Shown here one piece after another: positions 10,125-18,983 of a stretch of DNA of 64,000 nucleotides. The stretch lies in contig NZ_JAGZSD010000003.1 in the NCBI RefSeq assembly GCF_018381315.1, forward strand, positions 135,313 to 199,312, given 5' to 3'. The DNA is from Anaerostipes sp. (GTDB taxonomy: Bacteria > Bacillota > Clostridia > Lachnospirales > Lachnospiraceae). How positions within the stretch are numbered: position 1 is the first letter of the stretch; every line of letters starts with the position of its first letter. The notes below the pieces were generated by a model. The model did not search any database and was not told the origin of the DNA. It saw nothing but the letters and a program-made list of their open reading frames with translations. The position numbers were made by a program, and so were the translations under genes.

Positions 10125-10148
10125 AATATTGAATACTAGTTCAATATT
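10125..10148. promoter_or_regulatory. Second copy of the TetR-type operator (AATATTGAA-TACTAG-TTCAATATT) between a TATAAT -10 box and the tetR RBS
   Basis: 9-6-9 perfect inverted repeat sharing the AATATTGAA half-site with 9507-9530. On the minus strand it reads TATAAT-operator-AGGGAGGGG-ATG. Confidence 0.6.
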
Positions 10149-10172
10149 ATAAGAAGTCCGGGATTTTGTCAA

Positions 10173-10916
10173 CTACTGTTTCATCGCTGCTATGAATTTC
10201 ATCTTTATCGAACCCGGAGGAAGACGAAGCAGCCTGTTTCTCCATCCCGGAACAGAAACACTTTTATTTTTCATGAGGCGCCGATATGCGTACTTAGCTA
10301 CAGACTCCGGCTCCATGGCTCCGGCAGGGATTTTGGCTCCTTCTCTTTGAAAGAAATCTGTTCTTACTGCACCGGGACATAGAGTGCAGACTTGTATCCC
10401 ATACTTTCTGGCTTCGTATCTTACTGCCCTGCTGTAGCTTAAGACAAACGCTTTGCTTGCAAAATAAGTCGAAGTATAAGGACCGGGCTGAAAAGCTCCT
10501 GAGGATGATATATTAAGCACTTTTCCGCTCTTTTCTTTGTATCGGTCTTTGAGAAAAAGCTTTGTCAGTTCCACAACTGCTCCAACATTTAATGCCAGCA
10601 TTTTCTGATCTTCTTTCATATCAATGGACTGCGTCTCTCCCTTTAGACCAAACCCGGCATTATTTACAAGTACAGTAATATTCCGTTCTTTTTTTAAAAC
10701 TTCCCTGTACATTTCTCCTGCCGCACCTGTTTTTGATAAATCCTTTTCATAGACTTCTATTTCAGAATCAAATTCTTCCTTCAGCTTTTCTTTTGCTTTC
10801 CAAAGTTTCTCTCTATCAGAAGAAACAAGTATCACTCCAAACTTATTTTGGGCAAAAATCCTTGCAAGCTCAAATCCGATGCCGCCGGACCCGCCCGTTA
10901 TCAATACATATTCCAT
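10173..10916 (-). CDS. Short-chain dehydrogenase/reductase (SDR)
   Basis: LITGGSGGIGFELA Rossmann motif and NNAGFG. RBS AAAGGAG before ATG 10916. Confidence 0.8.
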   Translation of the reverse strand: MEYVLITGGSGGIGFELARIFAQNKFGVILVSSDREKLWKAKEKLKEEFDSEIEVYEKDLSKTGAAGEMYREVLKKERNITVLVNNAGFGLKGETQSIDMKEDQKMLALNVGAVVELTKLFLKDRYKEKSGKVLNISSSGAFQPGPYTSTYFASKAFVLSYSRAVRYEARKYGIQVCTLCPGAVRTDFFQREGAKIPAGAMEPESVAKYAYRRLMKNKSVSVPGWRNRLLRLPPGSIKMKFIAAMKQ

Positions 10917-10966
10917 AAGAATCGCTCCTTTCTTCCTATGTATTGTAAAACGGCAGAAGACGTCTG

Positions 10967-11557
10967 TCATTCACATAGGTGAAGATCTGCCAGCTGATTT
11001 TTAATGCGGCATAAGGATCCCGGCCGGATACCCAGATAAGATGCCAGATGCTTTTGGCTCAGCCGCCTTGCAAGATTTGGCTTATTGAACTGGAAGTCCA
11101 GATATCGTTTGGATGCACTTTTCGTCAAAAGTGCTTCTTCCCTTGCTTCTGCTGCCTTCAATGCCTTTTGTGTAAACCGGTGGATCACTTCAAGGATCAC
11201 ACTGTCTGTCTTCAAATCTTCGCTGAGAAATGCGTATGGAATCCTTATACATTGACACGCTTCCATAGTCTCTACGGAAAATGTTGCCTCTCCCGGTGTT
11301 CTCAGCCCTTCAGAACAGGCAAATTCTCCTTCCTCTGCAAAACATTTTGTTATATCATTTCCCTCTTCATCTATGTAGTATCCTCTCATCAGGCCTTCAC
11401 AGACAAAGTAAATGAAGACAGGCTGTTCTCCCTGATACAGCACCGTACTCCCTTTTTTCAGATGCACTATTTGAGCTGTCTCATCAATCCTATTACATAA
11501 ATCATTTGAAAATCTGAGAATTAATTTCTGCTCTAAATATTTACTTGGTTTATCCAT
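10967..11557 (-). CDS. Crp/Fnr-family transcriptional regulator (cNMP-binding + HTH)
   Basis: cNMP-binding-like beta-roll region (LKKGSTVLYQGEQPVFIYFVCEGLMRGYYIDEEGND) and C-terminal HTH (RLSQKHLASYLGIRPGSLCRIKNQL). ATG 11557 (MDKPSKYLEQ) preferred over the upstream ORF start. Confidence 0.7.
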   Translation of the reverse strand: MDKPSKYLEQKLILRFSNDLCNRIDETAQIVHLKKGSTVLYQGEQPVFIYFVCEGLMRGYYIDEEGNDITKCFAEEGEFACSEGLRTPGEATFSVETMEACQCIRIPYAFLSEDLKTDSVILEVIHRFTQKALKAAEAREEALLTKSASKRYLDFQFNKPNLARRLSQKHLASYLGIRPGSLCRIKNQLADLHLCE

Positions 11558-11604
11558 ATGCTTCACCTGCCTTTTTCTTATTATATCACACCTCCCGTAT
11601 CTTC

Positions 11605-11633
11605 TTGACAGCTTTATCATATATAGTTATAAT
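11605..11633 (+). promoter_or_regulatory. Consensus sigma-A promoter of the marR-TSUP operon
   Basis: -35 TTGACA (11605-11610), exact 17-nt spacer, -10 TATAAT (11628-11633). Confidence 0.7.
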
Positions 11634-11654
11634 TATAACTGTTATTAAAATAAC
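11625..11654. promoter_or_regulatory. Two adjacent perfect palindromes, AGTTATAATTATAACT (11625-11640, overlapping the -10) and GTTATTAAAATAAC (11641-11654); candidate MarR operator
   Basis: Read directly from sequence. MarR-family repressors classically bind palindromes overlapping the -10/-35 of their own promoter. Confidence 0.5.
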
Positions 11655-11680
11655 TAACCAAAAAGAAGGGAATGTGTTTC

Positions 11681-12127
11681 ATGCAGAATCATATTTTGAC
11701 CTATGCCAACCATTTTAAACATTTATACCGCCAGTCATTTCAGCCGCTGTCGGAACAGTATGGCCTGTCCCAGCTGGAAATTGATATTTTATTATTTCTT
11801 CGGAATAATCCGGAGCACAACACTGCCAAAGATATCTCCTCCATGAGGGGATTCGCAAAGTCCAATGTATCAAAAGCTGTCGAATCGCTTAGAGTACAAG
11901 GTTATCTCTCATCCTTCCAGGATCCTGACAATCGAAAGGTACACCGGCTGACCCTTTGTTCTGATATGGAGGACCGGATTATCTCTCTTTCCGTCTGCCA
12001 GGAGCAATGCTTTGCTCTCCTTCTCGATGGATTTACGGCTGAGGAACGCTGCATGCTTCAAAGGTTTTTTGACAGAATTGATGCAAATATTACCAAATCA
12101 CTAAATCATAAAAAATACGAATTATGA
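11681..12127 (+). CDS. MarR-family transcriptional regulator
   Basis: Winged-helix core LSQLEIDILLFLRNNPEHNTAKDISSMRGFAKSNVSKAVESLRVQGYL...DPDNRKVHRLTL. ATG 11681 has better RBS spacing than 11672. Confidence 0.8.
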   Translation: MQNHILTYANHFKHLYRQSFQPLSEQYGLSQLEIDILLFLRNNPEHNTAKDISSMRGFAKSNVSKAVESLRVQGYLSSFQDPDNRKVHRLTLCSDMEDRIISLSVCQEQCFALLLDGFTAEERCMLQRFFDRIDANITKSLNHKKYEL

Positions 12128-12137
12128 GGAAACCGCT

Positions 12138-12905
12138 ATGTTATATAAATTAATCATTTGTTTTTTAGCCGGCATCGGGGCCGGTCTCGGAACTGGCTTT
12201 GCAGGCATGAGTGCAGCTGCAGTCATAAGCCCTATGCTCATCACTTTTCTTGGGATGGAGCCTTATATGGCAGTGGGCATTGCGCTGGCCAGCGATGTCT
12301 TTGCCAGCGCCGTATCTGCCTATACATATGGAAAACACAAAAATCTGGATATTAAAAACGGACTTGTCATGATGATTTCTGTGCTTTGTTTCACACTGGT
12401 TGGAAGCTATATTTCCAGTCTTGTACCAAGCACAGCGATGGGCGGATTCTCCACCTTCATGACTTTAATGCTCGGAATCAAGTTCCTTGTCCGCCCTGTC
12501 ATGACAACAAGAAGCAGTATGGAATCTGTGAACAGCAAAAAGAGATTTCTTCAGTCAGTGCTCTGCGGATCTTTGGTCGGCTTTATCTGCGGTTTTGTAG
12601 GTGCCGGGGGAGGTATGATGATGCTTCTTCTCCTTACAAGTGTCTTAGGTTATGAACTGAAGACAGCTGTAGGCACCAGTGTCTTTATCATGACCTTTAC
12701 AGCTCTTACCGGTTCCTTAAGTCATTTTGCCATAGGAGGACGGCCGGACATGGCAAGTCTTTTGTTCTGTGTCCTCAATACATTTCTCTGGGCCAGAATT
12801 GCAGCTAAATTTGCCAATAAAGCTTCTGCCGTCGTATTAAACCGTGCAACCGGAGTTGTTCTTACTGTTCTCGGTCTGGCCATTGTGGCTGTAAATTACC
12901 TTTAA
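12138..12905 (+). CDS. TSUP (TauE/SafE, DUF81) family anion exporter-like membrane protein
   Basis: Two-repeat 4+4 TM profile and Gly-rich motifs (GIGAGLGTGFAGMSAAAV..., GAGGGMMMLLLL). Lies 11 nt downstream of marR. Confidence 0.7.
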   Translation: MLYKLIICFLAGIGAGLGTGFAGMSAAAVISPMLITFLGMEPYMAVGIALASDVFASAVSAYTYGKHKNLDIKNGLVMMISVLCFTLVGSYISSLVPSTAMGGFSTFMTLMLGIKFLVRPVMTTRSSMESVNSKKRFLQSVLCGSLVGFICGFVGAGGGMMMLLLLTSVLGYELKTAVGTSVFIMTFTALTGSLSHFAIGGRPDMASLLFCVLNTFLWARIAAKFANKASAVVLNRATGVVLTVLGLAIVAVNYL

Positions 12906-12910
12906 TACTT

Positions 12911-12958
12911 AAAACAAAAGCAGCCCGGATTGATTAAGATCCGAACTGCTTTTGTTTT
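12911..12958. terminator. Bidirectional rho-independent terminator between convergent TSUP and MATE genes
   Basis: AAAACAAAAGCAG-loop-CTGCTTTTGTTTT perfect 13-bp stem with A/T tracts on both sides. Confidence 0.8.
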
Positions 12959-12974
12959 ACATAAAAACGTTTCT

Positions 12975-14348
12975 TCATGGCTGGCTTTCTTCTTTGTCTT
13001 CCGGCAGCTTCCTGAAAAATTGTACTACAAATGGAATAGTTATAACAAACGTCAGAAAATCTGCCACTGTCTGAGATGTCTCCACACCAGTGAGCCCGAT
13101 CAGCCTTGGGAGTATAAAGATCACCGGTATAAAACAAATCCCGCTTCTCAGCATAGCTAAGAGAGCTGCGGTTCCATTTTTCCCAATACTCTGGAACATC
13201 ATATTGGCACATACGGCCATAGGCTGTAAAAACAAAGTGAGAAGCTGGGCCCTCAGAGCAAATGTTCCGATGAGAATTACCTCGGGATCATTTCTGAACC
13301 ACCCCACCAGCTGTGATGACAAGAAAAATCCTGCGGCGGCCAGGGTTCCCAGACATATTTCCCCTGCCCCTAAAGTAAAATAGAAAGCTTTCCGCACTCT
13401 TGAATATTTCCTGGCCCCATAGTTAAAGGCTGAGACCGGCTGGAACCCCTGTCCGATTCCAAGGCCAACCGCAAACAAAAAGAAACAGATCCGGTTTACA
13501 ATCGCCATCGCTGCCACTGCCGCATCTCCATAAAATCCCGCCTGGCCGTTTAGAACCATGGTGGATATACTGGTCAGGCCCTGACGGATTAAGCTCGGAA
13601 ACCCGGTTTTTATGATAGCGGATAATATCTGCCGGTCCCTGGAAAAGAAACACAGCGAAAGCCTGCTCTGGGTCTTTTTTGCAAAAAACATGCTGAACAG
13701 AATGAGAAAGCTTACAACCTGGGATACTGCCGTAGATAATCCTGCCCCCAGTATGCCCATATGGAATTTTGTCATCAGAATCCAGTCACCAAATATATTC
13801 AGGAAACCGCCCGCTGTTAAACCGATCATAGCTAAGGATGCCTTGCCCTCATATCTTAAAATGTTATTCAACACAAAGCTGCTTGTCATTAACGGTGCAG
13901 AGACGAGAATACATGCAGCATAGGTTCTTGCATACGGAAGGATCGTATCTGTACTTCCGAGCAGGCGCATCAAAGGATCCAGAAAAACCAGACCGGCAGC
14001 ACCAAGGAGGATTCCCAGGAGGATGGACCATATAAAACTGGTGGACGCAAAGGATGATGCACTCTCGGCATCTTTGGCTCCCAGCTTTCTGGAAATATTG
14101 CTTCCCGCCCCGTGTCCCAGCATAAAACCCACTGCCTGTATAATAGACATCAGGCCAAATACGATGCCGACTGCTCCGCTGGCGCTGGTTCCTATCTGTC
14201 CCACAAAATAGGTATCTGCCATATTGTAGATGTTTGTTACCAGCATACTGATGATCGTTGGTATCCCCAGAGAAATAACCAGCTTCGAAACAGGTGTTTC
14301 TGTCATCTTTTTATAATGCTCTGCGGCTTTGTCTTCCACTGTCCTCAC
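12975..14348 (-). CDS. MATE-family efflux transporter (second copy)
   Basis: LVISLGIPTIISMLVTNIYNMADTYFVGQIG signature. The start is ambiguous among GTG 14348, GTG 14339 and ATG 14306. Confidence 0.8.
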   Translation of the reverse strand: MRTVEDKAAEHYKKMTETPVSKLVISLGIPTIISMLVTNIYNMADTYFVGQIGTSASGAVGIVFGLMSIIQAVGFMLGHGAGSNISRKLGAKDAESASSFASTSFIWSILLGILLGAAGLVFLDPLMRLLGSTDTILPYARTYAACILVSAPLMTSSFVLNNILRYEGKASLAMIGLTAGGFLNIFGDWILMTKFHMGILGAGLSTAVSQVVSFLILFSMFFAKKTQSRLSLCFFSRDRQILSAIIKTGFPSLIRQGLTSISTMVLNGQAGFYGDAAVAAMAIVNRICFFLFAVGLGIGQGFQPVSAFNYGARKYSRVRKAFYFTLGAGEICLGTLAAAGFFLSSQLVGWFRNDPEVILIGTFALRAQLLTLFLQPMAVCANMMFQSIGKNGTAALLAMLRSGICFIPVIFILPRLIGLTGVETSQTVADFLTFVITIPFVVQFFRKLPEDKEESQP

Positions 14349-15233
14349 CTTCTTTTTTAATAGAATTTATAAAGTGTTCTAACATGAAATCAAAACTTTC
14401 ATCCTGACCGATCTCCAGATGATTCCGTAGAGAAAAGTAATCGGATCCATTTTCTTCTGTCAGGGTAACTGCTGTTTTTATAATCGTTTCATATAACAGA
14501 CCTTTTCTGACCATAACATTACTTCCTTTACTAGGGTAGAGGAATAATTGCTCTGAATTAATCCCCTCTCATTGAACCGTACGTATGGGTCTCGAATATG
14601 ACTCTACAATTTATATTCCAACTTTTCTTAGATAGCAATTAAAGAATTAAGCAATCCAACTCCGCCCTTTATTTTCTAGTAATTCTGGACTAATAATAAA
14701 ATTTACTACGTTCTTTCTACTTCTTTTGTTCCAACCTAATCTTAAGTTTGCAATATTGTAGAGTGCTTCATGGTCAAATCCATTTTTTTATTTCTAATTT
14801 AGATAAGCTAAATTCTGTATATTGTCTTAGCATGTTTCCATTGCTTTATCACAATCATTCTTATTTTATACCTAGCCATGCCCCTAACTTTTCTATAAAC
14901 TGTTTTTCATTCCAATTCTGAAATAATTTATCCATCCTCTTGTGTTTTCCTGTTCAGATCTATTGTATAACATTCCAAATTAAAGCGATAAAAAAAGTAA
15001 TTCTGTTAAAAACACAGAAATTGATGTTTGTTCGATGTCTTTCCGAGGCGATTTATTAAAACAAAAGTGTTTTATCATACTAATAATGATAGGAATATTT
15101 GAGATAAAACAAGTCTTGCTTTATATATGGATTTTACCTTGTCCCAAATCATTCATATTTATAGGGAAACATTATATAAAAACCAATTGTAGAAAAAAGT
15201 ACATACTTTTTTCATAAAATGAAAGGAGAGAAC

Positions 15234-15404
15234 ATGGAAGATTTATTTAATTTTTTTATCAAAAACTTAATCCATTCTTTGAAACACAGTAAACATTTGA
15301 CAAGAGAGTACTCTACATTAATCTACATAATTTTCCTGTTACTTGGTATGCTGATTGTAGCGATTCCTGAACTTCTGTTACTGTTGCGTTGGATTACAAA
15401 TTAA
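15234..15404 (+). CDS. Small hydrophobic protein (56 aa, one C-terminal TM helix) inside the AT-rich island
   Basis: Strong RBS AAAGGAGAG 6 nt before ATG 15234. C-terminus LIYIIFLLLGMLIVAIPELLLLLRW. A hairpin AAGCAGGGG-N9-CCCCTGCTT lies downstream at about 15417-15443. Confidence 0.35.
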   Translation: MEDLFNFFIKNLIHSLKHSKHLTREYSTLIYIIFLLLGMLIVAIPELLLLLRWITN

Positions 15405-15664
15405 TTCTCATTAAGACTAAGCAGGGGATCTTACTGCCCCTGCTTGTTATAGTATCCTTACTGCTAATGCTCTTTACGAAAGTACCCTTCTTGTTTTTAA
15501 AATTTCAATGACTGTTTTTATATTTTATTAAAAAGTCTTTGATAATTAAAAATGAACTCACAAATACAGTAGAGGATTTTATTAAAAAAAGAAATCAACA
15601 TTGTAAATTTAGAGAAATTAACTTTTGGTCAGTTTCGAAAAATTTATACTGATCAAAATAATCC

Positions 15665-16336
15665 TTATTGTACTTTTACGTTGGCCATTCCAAATGTAGT
15701 AAATCCGTCAATGCTTTCCCATGATATTTTTATAATTTCTGCTTCATTAATATTAACATCATAATGTTTTACAGGATCCTCAGGTTTCATAGAAATCACT
15801 TTGCATAAGTTCCCATCAGAATAAAAAGAAACAGAGAATTTCCCTTGTTTATCAGTATCATCCACATGTCCTAAATCAAAACTAATAGTATTATATTTTT
15901 TCTTTAAATTAAACTCAACTCCGTCTTCTCCACCATTACCCATAATAAATCCATTCGAATATGTTCTTCCTCTCAAAGACATAGTTTCACCCCGCCTTTC
16001 CTCATATGCGTAACATGAATTTATGGCTTTAGTTACATCAAGCAGATAAAGTTGTTTGTTATTGCTAGTTTTACTAATAGGAATCTTGTTAGCATCATTT
16101 CTTTGAATTTTATTGGATGCCTTTTTCAATTCATTATTTTCTTGCTCTAATTTGGCATTCTCTTTAACTAGTTTCTTGATTTCCTCTACATAATTTTTAG
16201 AATCCATATCAATATTAACTTCCTGTTGAATTTTTTGAATTGCTTTATCTTTTCCAAAAGTATTTCCACCATATACTCCAATTACCGCAGTAATAATAGG
16301 CACCCCGACTTTTATAATCCATTTTGATTTTTCCAT
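15665..16336 (-). CDS. Membrane-anchored hypothetical protein (N-terminal TM, coiled-coil, C-terminal beta-rich domain)
   Basis: RBS GGGGAGGAAC before ATG 16336. KWIIKVGVPIITAVIGVY TM segment, lysine/glutamate-rich coiled region, no recognisable catalytic motif. Low-GC codon usage. Confidence 0.55.
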   Translation of the reverse strand: MEKSKWIIKVGVPIITAVIGVYGGNTFGKDKAIQKIQQEVNIDMDSKNYVEEIKKLVKENAKLEQENNELKKASNKIQRNDANKIPISKTSNNKQLYLLDVTKAINSCYAYEERRGETMSLRGRTYSNGFIMGNGGEDGVEFNLKKKYNTISFDLGHVDDTDKQGKFSVSFYSDGNLCKVISMKPEDPVKHYDVNINEAEIIKISWESIDGFTTFGMANVKVQ

Positions 16337-16836
16337 ATTAGTTCCTCCCCAGATATTCTTTTAAATAACATTAATATAATATCATAACTCTACAAATATC
16401 TCTATAAAAACCAGAATTAAACGGAAACATAAAACACAGCGACATTTAAAAATGCAGATGTTTGCATTTAGTATAACAAATTTTGTATCCTCCTGTCGTG
16501 TCTGGAAATACGTTTGAAAACACATTTATCATTTAGAAGACATGATCACAAACTCACAAATGCTTTCACAACAGTGTTCCTTTAAACAGACTAATTTCAT
16601 TTCTTGTTCTCTTTGACATAATAATACCTCCAACCTATTGTGATTATCTTACATCAGATTGGAGATTTAATTAATCTTTGGATACCCTCTCCAAAGATTA
16701 CCTTGATATTACTCGCAACCATAGCTATTACAGTGGTAAGTTGTTTTATTAAGCTTTTGACGTCACTTCTATTTTTAAAATATATGTCCCCTGTTTGTCA
16801 GCATAATATACAACTTACACTCGAACTCTTACTTCT

Positions 16837-17469
16837 CTATTTTTCCACCATATACAAAAGTGCATTTACAATACAGGCTGCAATGCTGCTTCCGCCTTTT
16901 CTACCCCGTGCCACAATATACGGCACTCCGGCTCCCATAATTAATTCTTTGGACTGCACCACATTGACAAATCCCACCGGCACCCCAATCACCAGGTGGG
17001 GATCCAGCTTTCCTTCTTTTATGAGTTCATACAGCCTGATCAGTGCCGTAGGGGCATTTCCCACCGCAAAAATAAACCGTTCTCCCAGCTCTGCCGCCTT
17101 GTCCATACTGGCCACAGCCCTTGTAGTCCCGTTTTCTTCCGCCTTTTTGGCCACGTCTTCATCTGACATAAAGCAGTGGACAGAGCCTCCATACTCAGCC
17201 AGCTTCTTTTTGTTGATTCCTGCCTTCCCCATCTGCGTATCTGTCACAATAGACGCACCGTCTCGGATAGCATTCAGTGCTTTTTCTGCCGCATGTTCGG
17301 AAAAACAAAGATTTTTGGCATAGTCAAAATCCGCACTGGTATGAATACACCGCTTCACAATGGGTTCTGTCCCGGGAATCAGCTGTATTTCTCCCAATTC
17401 CTCTGTTATAATCTCAAAGCTTCTGGCTTCGATCTGTGCAGGCTTTATATTTTCGATTTCTGTTCTCAT
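16837..17469 (-). CDS. cbiC: Precorrin-8X (cobalt-precorrin-8) methylmutase
   Basis: About 210 aa with GNAPTALIRLYELI and VIGVPVGFV motifs. Last gene of the cob operon. Confidence 0.9.
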   Translation of the reverse strand: MRTEIENIKPAQIEARSFEIITEELGEIQLIPGTEPIVKRCIHTSADFDYAKNLCFSEHAAEKALNAIRDGASIVTDTQMGKAGINKKKLAEYGGSVHCFMSDEDVAKKAEENGTTRAVASMDKAAELGERFIFAVGNAPTALIRLYELIKEGKLDPHLVIGVPVGFVNVVQSKELIMGAGVPYIVARGRKGGSSIAACIVNALLYMVEK

Positions 17470-18983
17470 CAGTCTTCCGCCCCTTCTCTCAAGATTTCAT
17501 ATATTTTGTTCATATCCAGATGTTTTCTAAGTTCATCCGCCAGCTGGTCATATTGGCTTTCTTTCAGCTGCCTGACATCTGTCACCGGAAGTTCTGAAAG
17601 GTCAATCCCTTTCTTTTTACCGATAGCCCGGACAACTTTCTCCGCCGTGTCTCCCAAGTCAAAGATTCCGTGAAGATAAGTGCCGTAAACATTTCCTTCC
17701 CAAGTCCCGCACAGCTTTGTAATGCCGTTGACCTTATCTTCAAAGAAGGTCAGCGGCCTGGCCTCTCCATGCTGAATTGAACTGCCCATATGTATCTCAT
17801 ATCCTTCAATGGCTGTGCCTGAAAGCAAAGACAAGTCCCCTTCAAGTGACAGAAAATTTCCTTTCACTCTGCTCCTTGTCTTTGTTTTGGAAAATACAGT
17901 GTCTATGGGGAGCAGACCCATCCCCTGGATCATTCCTCCTGTCTCCACATGGCAGGGATCGGACAGAACCTCCCCGAGCATTTGATAACCGCCACAGATG
18001 CCGAAAATTATGGTTCCCTGGGCAGCCTGCCTCAAAATCGTATTTTCGAAACCAGATTGGCGCAGCCATAAAAGATCCTCAATCGTATTTTTGCTGCCGG
18101 GAAGCAGAATCATATCCGGGCTGCCTAACTCTCTGGGATTTTTGACATAGCGCAGGGAAACATTCGGGATCAGTTCAAATACATTAAAGTCCGTAAAGTT
18201 TGAGATCCGCGGCAGCCGGATCACGGCGATATCCACCAGTCCCTTTTCTTTTACCTGTTCAAATCTATCTGTCAGGCTGTCCTCGTCGTCAAGTTCCAGG
18301 TCCATGTAAGGTGTCACGCCGACTACAGGAATCTGAGCCTTTTCCTCCAGCATGGAAACTCCCGGGTCCAGGATGGTTTTATCTCCGCGGAACTTATTAA
18401 TGACAAGTCCTTTAATCCTTTTCTGTTCTTCCTCAGACAGAAGCATAACCGTTCCGATCAGCTGGGCAAAGACGCCGCCCCGGTCAATATCCCCTACCAA
18501 GAGAACCGGCGCACTGGCAAGCTTCGCCATACCCATGTTGACAATATCATCCTGCTTTAAATTGATCTCGGCAGGACTTCCCGCACCTTCAATGACAACA
18601 ATGTCATTCTCTTGGCTCAGAGTATCAAAAGCCTTTTGTATTTCGGGAACCAATGTCTTTTTATATGCAAAGTAATCCCTTGCACTCATATTCCCAAGAA
18701 CCCTGCCGTTGACAATAACCTGGGAACCAATGTCACTGGATGGTTTTAAAAGAATCGGATTCATATAAACGGACGGCTCAATTCCAGCTGCTTCCGCCTG
18801 CATGACCTGGGCCCGTCCCATTTCAAGTCCGTCTGTGGTTATATAAGAATTCAGCGACATATTCTGTGATTTAAACGGTGCAGTTTTATATCCGTCCTGT
18901 TTAAAAATTCTGCAGAGCCCTGCGGTGATAAGGCTTTTCCCTACATTTGACATTGTTCCCTGGATCATTATTGTCTTAGCCAT
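17469..18983 (-). CDS. cobQ: Cobyric acid synthase
   Basis: [26 protein letters not shown]-terminal ATPase domain and C-terminal glutamine amidotransferase domain ([10 protein letters not shown]). RBS AAAGGAG before ATG 18983. Confidence 0.9.
   Translation of the reverse strand: MAKTIMIQGTMSNVGKSLITAGLCRIFKQDGYKTAPFKSQNMSLNSYITTDGLEMGRAQVMQAEAAGIEPSVYMNPILLKPSSDIGSQVIVNGRVLGNMSARDYFAYKKTLVPEIQKAFDTLSQENDIVVIEGAGSPAEINLKQDDIVNMGMAKLASAPVLLVGDIDRGGVFAQLIGTVMLLSEEEQKRIKGLVINKFRGDKTILDPGVSMLEEKAQIPVVGVTPYMDLELDDEDSLTDRFEQVKEKGLVDIAVIRLPRISNFTDFNVFELIPNVSLRYVKNPRELGSPDMILLPGSKNTIEDLLWLRQSGFENTILRQAAQGTIIFGICGGYQMLGEVLSDPCHVETGGMIQGMGLLPIDTVFSKTKTRSRVKGNFLSLEGDLSLLSGTAIEGYEIHMGSSIQHGEARPLTFFEDKVNGITKLCGTWEGNVYGTYLHGIFDLGDTAEKVVRAIGKKKGIDLSELPVTDVRQLKESQYDQLADELRKHLDMNKIYEILREGAED

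Noticed and set aside
14591-14753. 10-bp inverted repeat ACTCTACAAT / ATTGTAGAGT about 150 bp apart in the AT-rich island (possible MITE ends)
   Set aside because: It does not extend beyond 10 bp and there are no target-site duplications. The chance expectation in AT-rich DNA is not negligible.
15035-15217. 60-aa plus-strand ORF in the AT-rich island
   Set aside because: No RBS, and the composition is Ile/Lys/Phe-rich as expected from AT-rich non-coding DNA.
16640-17323. 227-aa plus-strand ORF, and similar long antisense ORFs such as 33709..34362, 61153..61743, 42568..43059, 48066..48587, 23525..23974
   Set aside because: They lie entirely inside strongly supported minus-strand genes (cbiC/cobQ, hemB, hydB, cadA, sufB, cobT). 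They are low-complexity and Ser/Pro/Ala-rich, as expected for antisense frames of GC-richer coding DNA, and lack an RBS.
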